64,000 nucleotides of DNA from an uncultured Thermoprotei archaeon. GTDB taxonomy: Archaea; Thermoproteota; Thermoprotei; QMSL01; B3-G16. Each line of letters opens with the position of its first letter. The first letter of the stretch is position 1. The notes beneath the pieces are model-generated. The model saw only the letters and a program-made list of their open reading frames with translations, searched no databases and was not told the origin of the DNA. The translations under genes were made by a program, and so were the position numbers. The DNA lies in the NCBI GenBank assembly GCA_964517845.1, contig CAZFCQ010000010.1:14936-78935 (forward strand). The letters are read 5' to 3'. Below are positions 1-8,437 of the stretch, piece by piece.

Positions 1-396
1 AGACGAAGATCTGGTGCTTTAGAAGCTCTATTAGAGGCTAAAGACTCAGGTATGATAAAGTATATAGGTGTTTCTACTCATAAGGCAGAAGTCGTTAAGT
101 TTCTAATCGAAATTCCTGAAATTGACGTTATAATGGCTAAAGTTAATAAGATAGGCCATCGTACTGAGAGTCCACCAGAAATGATGTTAGAGGCTCTACA
201 AGAGGCTTATAACGCTGGAAAAGGCATCTGCATAATGAAGATTCTAGCCTACGGAAAGCTTAATATTAGAGAAGCCCTTGAATGGGCGCTAAGTTTACCT
301 TATGTCCATTCGATATGTATAGGAATGAGAACCATACAGGAAGTCGAAGAGAATCTAAGAATTTACAATGAGCTTATAGAAGGTCTATCTGACTGA
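1..396 (+). CDS. Aldo/keto reductase, C-terminal part (5' end cut by window edge)
   Basis: The frame is open from base 1 (RRRSGALEALLEAKDSGMIKYIGVS...). The ...G.IRYIGVS... pattern and the C-terminal region look like the AKR family. Confidence 0.7.
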   Translation, partial: RRRSGALEALLEAKDSGMIKYIGVSTHKAEVVKFLIEIPEIDVIMAKVNKIGHRTESPPEMMLEALQEAYNAGKGICIMKILAYGKLNIREALEWALSLPYVHSICIGMRTIQEVEENLRIYNELIEGLSD

Positions 397-495
397 TTTT
401 TTAATTTAATATACTGATTATTCGGAATTAAGAGATACCCTCTTTATAAGGAAGTTGAAAAAAGCTAGGTAATTAAAACATGTTGTTAAAGATAG

Positions 496-1608
496 TTATA
501 TAACATCCATTAGGAACTTTCCATTCTCATAGACTAACTCTCCATCAATATATACCTTTCCTCTATGCATATCCTTAATCATATCCCAATGAATTGCTGA
601 TTTGTTGTTGCTTCCTGTTACAGGATATCCTGCACCCAAAGCTATGTGAATAGTTCCTCCTATTTTTTCATCGAAGAGTATCTGTTTAGTGAATCTATTT
701 ATATTATAGTTCAATCCAAAAGCTATCTCCCCCACCCTTCTAGCTCCTTCGTCTACATTAATTATTTTTTCAAGGAATTCTTCGCCTTTTGTAGCTTTTG
801 CTTCTACTACGCTACCTTTTCTGAAAATTAATTCCACATCTTCTACTGCTATTCCCCTCCAAATCGCTGGATAAGTGAACCTTATCCTTCCTTCTACACT
901 ATCTTCAATAGGTCCCGTAAAGATTTCTCCTCCGGGAATGTTCTTTTTACCATCATCAATTATCCATCTTCTACCATCAACTTTTATGAAAAGATCTGTA
1001 TCCTCAGCTACAATTCTTATTTCACAGGCTTTAGAGAGAGCTTTATCTTTAATTTTCGTTAATTTCTCGGTAAATTTCTTCCACTCCTCTATAGGGTTCT
1101 CTTTATCTACCATACACGCTCTATAAACAAATTCCTCATAATCTAACAGACTCATTTCAGCTTCTTGGGCTAATGCCTTAGTTGGGAAAGGAGCTACGCA
1201 CCATTTCAAATTCCCTTCTTGATCTCTTCTCATAAAAATTTCAGTTAACTCTCTCCTTGCAGCGCTTCTAATTTGTAATTTTTCAGGCTTCATAGAGGAT
1301 AAATACCTTGTATGTGTTGAGGAGAATATGCTAATCCTAGCGTCTATATTCTCCATGATGTATTTTTCAATAGGTGAGACATGAGAAAGCACTTCTTCAT
1401 CAGCGTACTTCATGAAAGTTTCCTCTATCTCTTCCTCTGTGATTATTATGATTGGATATCCTTTCTGAAGAACTGTTGCTTTTACTAATTCCTTTATGAG
1501 CGGTAATGCTGTATAGGTTCCTGTAATCAACACTTCATTATCCTTCTTAACTTCAATTGAGTAGTTTACTATGAGATTAGCTAACCTAGCAATTCTCAGA
1601 TCTCTCAT
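496..1608 (-). CDS. Aminopeptidase, M29 (AmpS/PepS, aminopeptidase T-like) family
   Basis: 370 aa ORF. Family-like blocks include VDEGARRVGEIAFGLN and DEKIGGTIHIALGAGYP. Confidence 0.8.
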   Translation of the reverse strand: MRDLRIARLANLIVNYSIEVKKDNEVLITGTYTALPLIKELVKATVLQKGYPIIIITEEEIEETFMKYADEEVLSHVSPIEKYIMENIDARISIFSSTHTRYLSSMKPEKLQIRSAARRELTEIFMRRDQEGNLKWCVAPFPTKALAQEAEMSLLDYEEFVYRACMVDKENPIEEWKKFTEKLTKIKDKALSKACEIRIVAEDTDLFIKVDGRRWIIDDGKKNIPGGEIFTGPIEDSVEGRIRFTYPAIWRGIAVEDVELIFRKGSVVEAKATKGEEFLEKIINVDEGARRVGEIAFGLNYNINRFTKQILFDEKIGGTIHIALGAGYPVTGSNNKSAIHWDMIKDMHRGKVYIDGELVYENGKFLMDVI

Positions 1609-1834
1609 CGAAATAGGCTTACATGAATGGTATATTAAAAACTTCGCAATAACGCATTTTACATGTTTTTTATGGCTAAGTAATGGGGAGGAATGCTACT
1701 TATACAATAGTGATTTCATAATTCTAAACCATTGTTATAACATTAAAGGCTAGGGGATGTCTCCTGAAACTCCTTAACATAAAAATACTTAAAAATATCT
1801 TCTCTATTTGTGTGATTATAGCGTGGTGTATAGT

Positions 1835-2155
1835 ATGGTCAAACGTACTCATGGATATAGATTCAAATCTCGAAAACTGCTTCGTAAATCTCCTAGAGAA
1901 AGAGGAAGACCTGGACTAAGTAGGCTACTCTATGAATATAAAGTGGGAGATATTGTTCATATAGATATAGACCCCACTTTTATTAGAACTGCTCCACATA
2001 GGAGGTATCAAGGAAAGACTGGAAAGATCATAGGTAGGCGTGGACGTGCTTATCTAATAGAAGTTTACCTAGGTGATAAGCGTAAGATTTTAATCACGAC
2101 TCCGGAGCACTTTAAGCCAGCTAAAGTTACTACAACTTCTACACAAGCTGTATGA
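1835..2155 (+). CDS. rpl21e: 50S ribosomal protein L21e
   Basis: MVKRTHGYRFKSRKLLRKSPRERG... is the canonical L21e N-terminus. I placed the start at the internal ATG at 1835 rather than the ORF-track start at 1808. Confidence 0.9.
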   Translation: MVKRTHGYRFKSRKLLRKSPRERGRPGLSRLLYEYKVGDIVHIDIDPTFIRTAPHRRYQGKTGKIIGRRGRAYLIEVYLGDKRKILITTPEHFKPAKVTTTSTQAV

Positions 2156-2425
2156 AAAGTTCCTTTCTGTCGCCCCGCCTACCGCGGCCTGCCTCATAAT
2201 CATAGGCATAAATGCCATCTCAGCAGGCTGTGAGAGGGCGGGGCGGGCTCAGACTACCTGCCCTTTCATCAACAATCAGAGTCGCCTGAGTTCTTCATTA
2301 CCAAGATTTAATATAATTAAGAGAGGTTAATGAATTTTAAGTAATGTAGAAGAACCCCGCGGTTGGACCTTCCTCATTCTCATTCGCCCAATAGGGGTCG
2401 TAACTGGAAGGTCCCAGTAATTAAT
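2150..2425 (-). ncRNA. GC-rich structured RNA; candidate compact RNase P RNA (boundaries approximate)
   Basis: This is a non-coding GC island in an AT-rich genome. The minus strand carries GAGGAAGGUCC (2365-2375, CR-I-like, one mismatch to GAGGAAAGUCC), UGAAAGGGC (2260-2268) and CGACAGAA (2165-2172, CR-V-like), in the order expected for RNase P RNA. Long complementary stems pair 2171-2179 with 2237-2245 and 2365-2373 with 2406-2414. Confidence 0.45.
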
Positions 2426-2584
2426 ATTCTGAATACAAGTTAATAACTATAACTTTCTAAGAGGTTAGCTCAATAAGTTACTCACTGTGTACTTAAGTAA
2501 AGATAACATTATTCTCACATCATCTTTTAAAGCTTATAATACTTTAGTAGGTAATAACTTTTCTTGGGGGGCTTCTTGCAATCG

Positions 2585-3499
2585 ATGATTACTGTAGTAG
2601 GCTCTATTCATATGGACTTCTTCATACTTCTAGAGCACTTGCCTATACCTGGTGAGACTGTCTTAGGTAAGCGTTTTGTTATGCAACCAGGAGGTAAGGG
2701 TGCAAATCAAGCTGTTGCAGCTGCTAGGCTAGGAGCTAAGACCTACATGGTTGGTCGAGTTGGTAATGATATCTTCGCTAATGAGGTTATAGAGAACTTC
2801 AAAAGAAATAATGTTAAGGTAGATTACGTAAAAAGAGATCCTGAGACTCATACAGGTGTAGCCTTCATATTCGTTGATGCTAAGGGAGAGAATATGATAG
2901 CAGTAGCCTCAGGAGCAGATGCCCGAGTATCTCCCTCTGATGTAGATGATGCTATGGATATCATCTCTAAAAGTGATGTTCTTCTTCTTCAATTAGAAAT
3001 TCCAATAGAGACTGTAGTTTATGCCGCTCGAAAAGCTTATGAGAATAATGTTAAAGTAATCCTTAACCCAGCACCAGCACGTTCACTTCCTGAGGAGATA
3101 TTTAAGTACATTTACATATTAACACCCAATAGAGTCGAAGCACAAATGCTCTCTAATGTTGAGATAAGATCTACAGAGGATGTATTAAAAGCAGCACGAG
3201 TCCTTATGAGTAAAGGAGTTAAGAGTATAGTAGTCACCTTGGGTGCTGAGGGTGCATTACTTATATCAGGTGATCGTGAGATTCACATACCTGCATTTAA
3301 AGTTAAACCTGTAGATACTACAGGAGCTGGTGATGCTTTTAATGCAGCTTTAGCCGTAGCAATTGCTGAAGGCAAATCTCTTGAGGAAGCTGTTAGGTGG
3401 GCTAACGCGGCCGCTGCAATAAAAATAACAAGAGTAGGAGCTCAAGCAGGATTACCCTACAGAAAAGATCTCAAAGAATTCTTAAATGAGAACTTATGA
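2585..3499 (+). CDS. rbsK: Ribokinase (PfkB family)
   Basis: Motifs GGKGANQAVAAARLG and DTTGAGDAFNAALA are present. The N-terminus MITVVGSIHMDF is typical of ribokinases, so I used the ATG at 2585. Confidence 0.85.
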   Translation: MITVVGSIHMDFFILLEHLPIPGETVLGKRFVMQPGGKGANQAVAAARLGAKTYMVGRVGNDIFANEVIENFKRNNVKVDYVKRDPETHTGVAFIFVDAKGENMIAVASGADARVSPSDVDDAMDIISKSDVLLLQLEIPIETVVYAARKAYENNVKVILNPAPARSLPEEIFKYIYILTPNRVEAQMLSNVEIRSTEDVLKAARVLMSKGVKSIVVTLGAEGALLISGDREIHIPAFKVKPVDTTGAGDAFNAALAVAIAEGKSLEEAVRWANAAAAIKITRVGAQAGLPYRKDLKEFLNENL

Positions 3500-3590
3500 A
3501 GCACACAGTACTCTACAAGAATTATACAGAAATAAAATATAAATATTTTAATTCTGTTATCTTAACAAGAGGTTAGTTTATATCTAGGTT

Positions 3591-3941
3591 ATGATAATGC
3601 CTTATAATAAGCATCATGAAAAACACTTAAGGCCTAAAACTCCGTTCTTTGGTATAATGCCCTTAGTTATTCTCAAGGTTCTTTCTTCAAGATCAATGCA
3701 TGGTTATCAATTAGCTGAGGAGCTTACAAGAATTTTCGGAAGAGAGATTCCTAAACCCCTAGTCTATGTAACGCTTAAGAGACTTGAGGAACGAGGACTA
3801 GTAGTATCTAGATGGGAGATGGGTGAAAGTGGTCTACCTCGTAGAATTTATCAAATCACAGATAAGGGCACCAACGTATTAGATCGAGGACTTAAAAGAG
3901 TAGAAAAATTCAAAAGAGTTCTTGATTTTCTATTAAGTTAA
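3591..3941 (+). CDS. PadR-family winged-helix transcriptional regulator
   Basis: MHGYQLAEEL...VYVTLKRLEERGLV...RRIYQITDKG matches the PadR pattern. Confidence 0.8.
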   Translation: MIMPYNKHHEKHLRPKTPFFGIMPLVILKVLSSRSMHGYQLAEELTRIFGREIPKPLVYVTLKRLEERGLVVSRWEMGESGLPRRIYQITDKGTNVLDRGLKRVEKFKRVLDFLLS

Positions 3942-4042
3942 ATCTTATACTGTGTTAAATAATAATATTAATTAATTCCATAAGTTATCGAAAAATATAT
4001 AAAGATGCTATCTACATTAATTATCTCTTCTTTGGGGATTAA

Positions 4043-5302
4043 GTGTCGAGCTCGCATACTAAGGCAATTATCGCTGGTCTTCTAATAGATGGCACTGGAA
4101 ATGAACCTTTAGAAGACGTCGTAATATTAATCAAAGGTAATACCATAGACTCTATACATAAACGTAGCGAAATCTCCCTTCCTTCTAATGTTGAGGTAAT
4201 AGATGCTCATGATATGACAGTAATGCCTGGGCTTATTGATGCTCATATTCACTTTACAGGTGCTAAGAGCGATAGATTCATGGAACGCTTAATAAGGCCT
4301 TGGCCTCTAAGTCTTATAAAGTCTGTATTTGATGCCAGGGCCTTACTTGAAGCTGGCTTCACTACTGTTAAAGATTGCGGTAGTAGAGCAGGAGTTTACT
4401 TAAGAGAAGCTATCAAAGAAGGCACTATGGTAGGTCCTAGAATTGTAACGGCAGGTCCAGTATTAAGTCAAACCTTTGGACATGGTGATAGACATTTCCT
4501 TCCAATAGAGTGGGTTAAGGATCGACGTTATAGTTTTACTATAATCTGTGATGGCGTTGATGAATGTATAAGAGCAGCTCGATTAGCATTAAGAGAGGGT
4601 GCTGATTTTATAAAGGTTTGTGCTTCAGGCGGAGTTATGTCTCAGAGGGATAGACCAGAGCATGTACAATTTACCTTAGAAGAACTTAAGGCCATTGTAA
4701 GAGTAGCCAAAAATGCTGGAACTTTTGTTACGGCTCATTGTCAATGTGCAGAAGGTATGAAGAATTGTATACTTGCAGGTGTAAAGACTATAGATCATGC
4801 TATTTTCCCTGATGAAGAAGTAATCGAGATGGCCCAAGGTAAAGATGTAATCTTTGTCTCAACACTCTCTATTGCTAAGCTTATAGTAGAAAAAGGAGAG
4901 AAGGTAGGCATGCCTCCATGGGGTGTCCAGAAAGCAAAAGAGGTCTATCCTGCTATGGTCAAGAACATACGTTGGCTTTATGAATCAGGTATGACTATGG
5001 CAGCTGGAACAGATTTTGGAGGGACTCCTACACTACCACACGGTGAAAACTCCATGGAATTAGAATTACTAGTTAAAGAATGCAACTACACGCCTATGGA
5101 CGCCATAATAGCAGCTACAAAAAATGCCGCCAAAGCATGCGGGTTAGAAGACAAAATAGGTACCATCGAGAAGGGAAAACTTGCTGACATTATAGTCGTT
5201 AAAGGTAATCCACTTAAAGATATAACAGTATTAAGGAATAAAGATAACATACTAATCGTCATGAAGGATGGAAATATTGAAGTCAAACGTAATATAGAGT
5301 AA
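4043..5302 (+). CDS. Metal-dependent amidohydrolase (imidazolonepropionase-like superfamily)
   Basis: The PGLIDAHIHF metal-binding motif is present, with TIM-barrel amidohydrolase-like blocks. The start codon is GTG. Confidence 0.8.
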   Translation: MSSSHTKAIIAGLLIDGTGNEPLEDVVILIKGNTIDSIHKRSEISLPSNVEVIDAHDMTVMPGLIDAHIHFTGAKSDRFMERLIRPWPLSLIKSVFDARALLEAGFTTVKDCGSRAGVYLREAIKEGTMVGPRIVTAGPVLSQTFGHGDRHFLPIEWVKDRRYSFTIICDGVDECIRAARLALREGADFIKVCASGGVMSQRDRPEHVQFTLEELKAIVRVAKNAGTFVTAHCQCAEGMKNCILAGVKTIDHAIFPDEEVIEMAQGKDVIFVSTLSIAKLIVEKGEKVGMPPWGVQKAKEVYPAMVKNIRWLYESGMTMAAGTDFGGTPTLPHGENSMELELLVKECNYTPMDAIIAATKNAAKACGLEDKIGTIEKGKLADIIVVKGNPLKDITVLRNKDNILIVMKDGNIEVKRNIE

Positions 5303-5355
5303 TACTATCAAAGAATTGAGCAAATTTTATATCCACTTAAAGCCTTTTTTCTATC

Positions 5356-6519
5356 ATGCCATACACATTCTCTTTCTATTTACCTACAAAGATAATCTTC
5401 AGAAGAGGAAGTTTTAATGAATTAGGGAAGGAAACCAAGTCTTTAGGCGATAGAGCAATATTCGTATGTGGAAGAAGATTTGCGCAAAAGTCTGGATACT
5501 TAGATAGGGCTAAAAAGCTCTTAGAGAAGGAGGGAATAAGAGTCACAGTATTTAATAAGGTTGAACCTAATCCTTCATTTGAAACAGTAGAAAAAGGAGC
5601 TGAACTGGCCAAGAAAGAAAGAATTAATGTAGTCATAGGCTTTGGTGGCGGGAGTGCAATGGATGCTGCTAAAGGAATTGCAGTCTTAGTTTCCCAAGGA
5701 GGAAAAATTACCGACTATATCTTCCCTAATGAGGTTAGAGGTAGTGTTATACCTATCATAGCTGTACCTACAACCTGCGGTACAGGAAGTGAAGTAACAC
5801 GATATGCTGTTTTCTCAGATCTCAAGAATAAGAAAAAAACTACTATGCTTGGCTATCCTATAATACCTCGTGTCTCGATACTCGACTCTGAGGTGTTGAA
5901 TTATCTCCCTCCATCGCTTACTGCATATACTGCATTCGATGCACTTTCTCATGCAATGGAGGCTTACCTATCTAAAGCAAGCCAACCACTCTCAGACCTA
6001 GTAGCATTAGAAAGCATTAGAGTAATCTTTGAGAATCTTGAGAAAGCATACAAAGGTGATCTAGACGCTAGGGAAAAGATCTTCTATGCAAGTATGTTAG
6101 CTGGTATAGCAATAAACTGCACTGGAACTATTATAGTACATGGTATGGGATATTACCTAACCATGTATCATGATGTACATCATGGATTAGCTAATGCTCT
6201 CCTCCTTCCATTTGCATTAGAGTATCTGGCTCCCTCTATTCCTGAAAAAATAGTAAAATTAGCTAAGACCCTAGGTATAAGCAAGGATGATCCTTCATTA
6301 GATGCAGAGACATTATTTAACGAAATATGTAGACTAGAAAACTCTACAGGCATACCAAGGAGCCTAAGAGATGTTGGCGTTATAGATGAAAAAGAGATAG
6401 ATGTCATGACTGAAGAGGCATTAACGTATAAGAGAAATCTCCTAAGAAGTCCTAGAGAGCCATCAAAAGAAGACCTACGAACAATATACTTAAAGGCCTT
6501 TAGAGGCCGGCCAATATAA
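5356..6519 (+). CDS. Iron-containing alcohol dehydrogenase
   Basis: The GGGSAMDAAK motif and conserved His residues (HGMGY, HHGLANA) are typical of the Fe-ADH family. Confidence 0.85.
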   Translation: MPYTFSFYLPTKIIFRRGSFNELGKETKSLGDRAIFVCGRRFAQKSGYLDRAKKLLEKEGIRVTVFNKVEPNPSFETVEKGAELAKKERINVVIGFGGGSAMDAAKGIAVLVSQGGKITDYIFPNEVRGSVIPIIAVPTTCGTGSEVTRYAVFSDLKNKKKTTMLGYPIIPRVSILDSEVLNYLPPSLTAYTAFDALSHAMEAYLSKASQPLSDLVALESIRVIFENLEKAYKGDLDAREKIFYASMLAGIAINCTGTIIVHGMGYYLTMYHDVHHGLANALLLPFALEYLAPSIPEKIVKLAKTLGISKDDPSLDAETLFNEICRLENSTGIPRSLRDVGVIDEKEIDVMTEEALTYKRNLLRSPREPSKEDLRTIYLKAFRGRPI

Positions 6520-6533
6520 CGGAAAAGTACGTG

Positions 6534-7277
6534 TTAACTCTTACAGGCATGAAATACTAGAACAGGAGAATCAGGAAAAGCTACACTTTCAACTTTAAGC
6601 TTAAGAGACTTCAATATTTTATAAATTTTTTCTTGCCAATATTTGTTCTTACCGGCGAATATAGATATAGTTCCATTATTTTTAATTAGATTAACCAATC
6701 GTCTGATAAAACTGTACGCGTATAGAGATGGATTTCTATTAGGATTTGGTCCTCCATCATGAATTACATGATCAAAAAAGCCTGATGGTAAGACGCTTAT
6801 AGCTTTAATGGCATCACAAAGACATATCTTCACACAGGGATTCATTAACGCTCTCCTATACGCTTCTACAGGATTCCTATAAAGAGCAATAGCTATTATC
6901 TCTGGGGATATATCTATCGTTAAATAAAGGGAAGGTTTACTCCATGCAACTACCGCATAACATGTTCTACCAATCCCAGTTCCTATTTCTAGCACCTTAG
7001 CATTTACTTTCACTACTTCAGGCCAGGCTATAAGAGAACCACAATAAGAAATCCTTATTATATTGAAATCTCCTTTACGATACCCTAATCCTCCTGTTAT
7101 TTTATCCATCAGAGAGAATACTTCCTCCTCACTTAGTTTAGAGACTTCTTTTTCAAAAACACGTTTAGCATATCTTCTACTGAGAATATCTGCTTCATTA
7201 AATAACCTTCTCGAGATTTTATGAATTACTAAACTCTCTATTTCATCAAACTTCATATCCTTATGTTGTGTATTCAT
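6534..7277 (-). CDS. Putative class I SAM-dependent methyltransferase
   Basis: Motif I-like VLEIGTGIGR is present. The substrate is unknown. Confidence 0.5.
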   Translation of the reverse strand: MNTQHKDMKFDEIESLVIHKISRRLFNEADILSRRYAKRVFEKEVSKLSEEEVFSLMDKITGGLGYRKGDFNIIRISYCGSLIAWPEVVKVNAKVLEIGTGIGRTCYAVVAWSKPSLYLTIDISPEIIAIALYRNPVEAYRRALMNPCVKICLCDAIKAISVLPSGFFDHVIHDGGPNPNRNPSLYAYSFIRRLVNLIKNNGTISIFAGKNKYWQEKIYKILKSLKLKVESVAFPDSPVLVFHACKS

Positions 7278-7312
7278 GATACCTTTTAAGTCAGATTCCC
7301 TATCATGTAAAT

Positions 7313-8182
7313 ATGGCGGTTAAGATGGGGCTATTTAAATACTCAGTATTTACTGTAATGACCCCCGATTTAACGGTAGAGGAAGTTCCTAAGGTGCTTG
7401 CTGAACTTGGATACGAAGGAGTAGAGTGGAGAGTGGCACAAGTTCCTAGTGAGATTAAGGAAATAAATTATTGGCGAGGTAATAAGGCAACACTCGATGT
7501 TACTAAATTACTTGAAGAAGCTAAGAGAGCTAAAAAACTATGTGATGATTACGGCCTAAAAGTATCAGCGCTAGGGACCTATTTGCGTTGTAATTCAGAC
7601 CCAGATCAAATAATTAATGCTATGAAAGCTGCGCAGATACTAGAATGTTCCCAGATAAGGGTTGGTGTACCAAGATATGACGGTAGTATTGACTATAATA
7701 AGCTCTTTTCTAAAGCCTTAGAGGAATATAAGAACGTAGAAAAGCTTGCTAAAGAGTATGGTGTAAAAACCAACATAGAAATACATATGAGAACAATATG
7801 TCCAAGTGCTAGTTCCGCATATAGATTTGTATCAAACTTCGATCCTGAGTACGTAGGCGTAATATACGATCCAGGTAATATGGTACATGAAGGTTTTGAG
7901 AACTGGCAGATGGGTCTAGAACTAATAGGATCCTATTTAGCCCATGTACATGTTAAAAATGCATGTTGGTTTGTGATTAGTGAAGAATACGGTGCTAAAA
8001 GATGGAGACCCATGCATAGTCCTCTACGGGAGGGAATGGTTCATTGGAGAGATGTGTTACTAGCATTAAGAAAAATTGGCTATAGAGAATGGCTCTCTTT
8101 CGAGGACTTCTCTGCAGGAGATACTATATCCAAACTCAGAGATAATATACTATTCATGAAGAGCCTTGAAAGAACTCTATAA
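7313..8182 (+). CDS. Sugar phosphate isomerase/epimerase (xylose isomerase-like TIM barrel)
   Basis: The pattern GYEGVEW...IRVG...IEIH...HVHVKN...SFE is typical of the AP endonuclease 2/xylose isomerase-like fold. Confidence 0.75.
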   Translation: MAVKMGLFKYSVFTVMTPDLTVEEVPKVLAELGYEGVEWRVAQVPSEIKEINYWRGNKATLDVTKLLEEAKRAKKLCDDYGLKVSALGTYLRCNSDPDQIINAMKAAQILECSQIRVGVPRYDGSIDYNKLFSKALEEYKNVEKLAKEYGVKTNIEIHMRTICPSASSAYRFVSNFDPEYVGVIYDPGNMVHEGFENWQMGLELIGSYLAHVHVKNACWFVISEEYGAKRWRPMHSPLREGMVHWRDVLLALRKIGYREWLSFEDFSAGDTISKLRDNILFMKSLERTL

Positions 8183-8437
8183 CCTCAAAGTCCTTATTTA
8201 TTATCTCCAATCATTCGATATTTCTTTCATTTTACACGTTATTAACTTATTCTACACTGGTTTAGATATAGTTGACTAAATCCTATCATATTTTTTCTTC
8301 TAAAGTTTAAAATATCTATTTATTTATTCTCAAATATGTAGTCTTAGCTATTTCATTATTTTTCCATAAAGTTATCTTAGAAGATACCTTTAAATCTGAT
8401 CTTAAATCTCAGTAGATACTTGAGGTGTCATTTTAGA

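Noticed and set aside
646-1126. ORFs 646..831 and 875..1126 on the plus strand inside the aminopeptidase gene
   Set aside because: They lie antisense within a well-supported 370 aa CDS. Their low-complexity Ser/Phe/Leu-rich translations are typical of the reverse frame of an AT-rich gene.
2165-2250. Alternative reading of part of the GC-rich RNA as an archaeal H/ACA guide hairpin (minus strand: 9 bp lower stem, internal loop, GCCUGC/GCAGGC upper stem, ACA immediately 3' of the stem)
   Set aside because: This cannot be excluded, and the ACA placement is suggestive. However, I could not identify a clean K-turn/K-loop. The same ACA is part of the CGACAGAA CR-V-like block, and the flanking about 190 nt of additional conserved-looking structure favours a larger RNA. 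I kept it as the alternative hypothesis in the finding.
2150-2425. SRP (7S) RNA interpretation of the GC-rich RNA
   Set aside because: I found neither the helix 8 GGAA-tetraloop/AGCA signature nor Alu-domain loop motifs on either strand.
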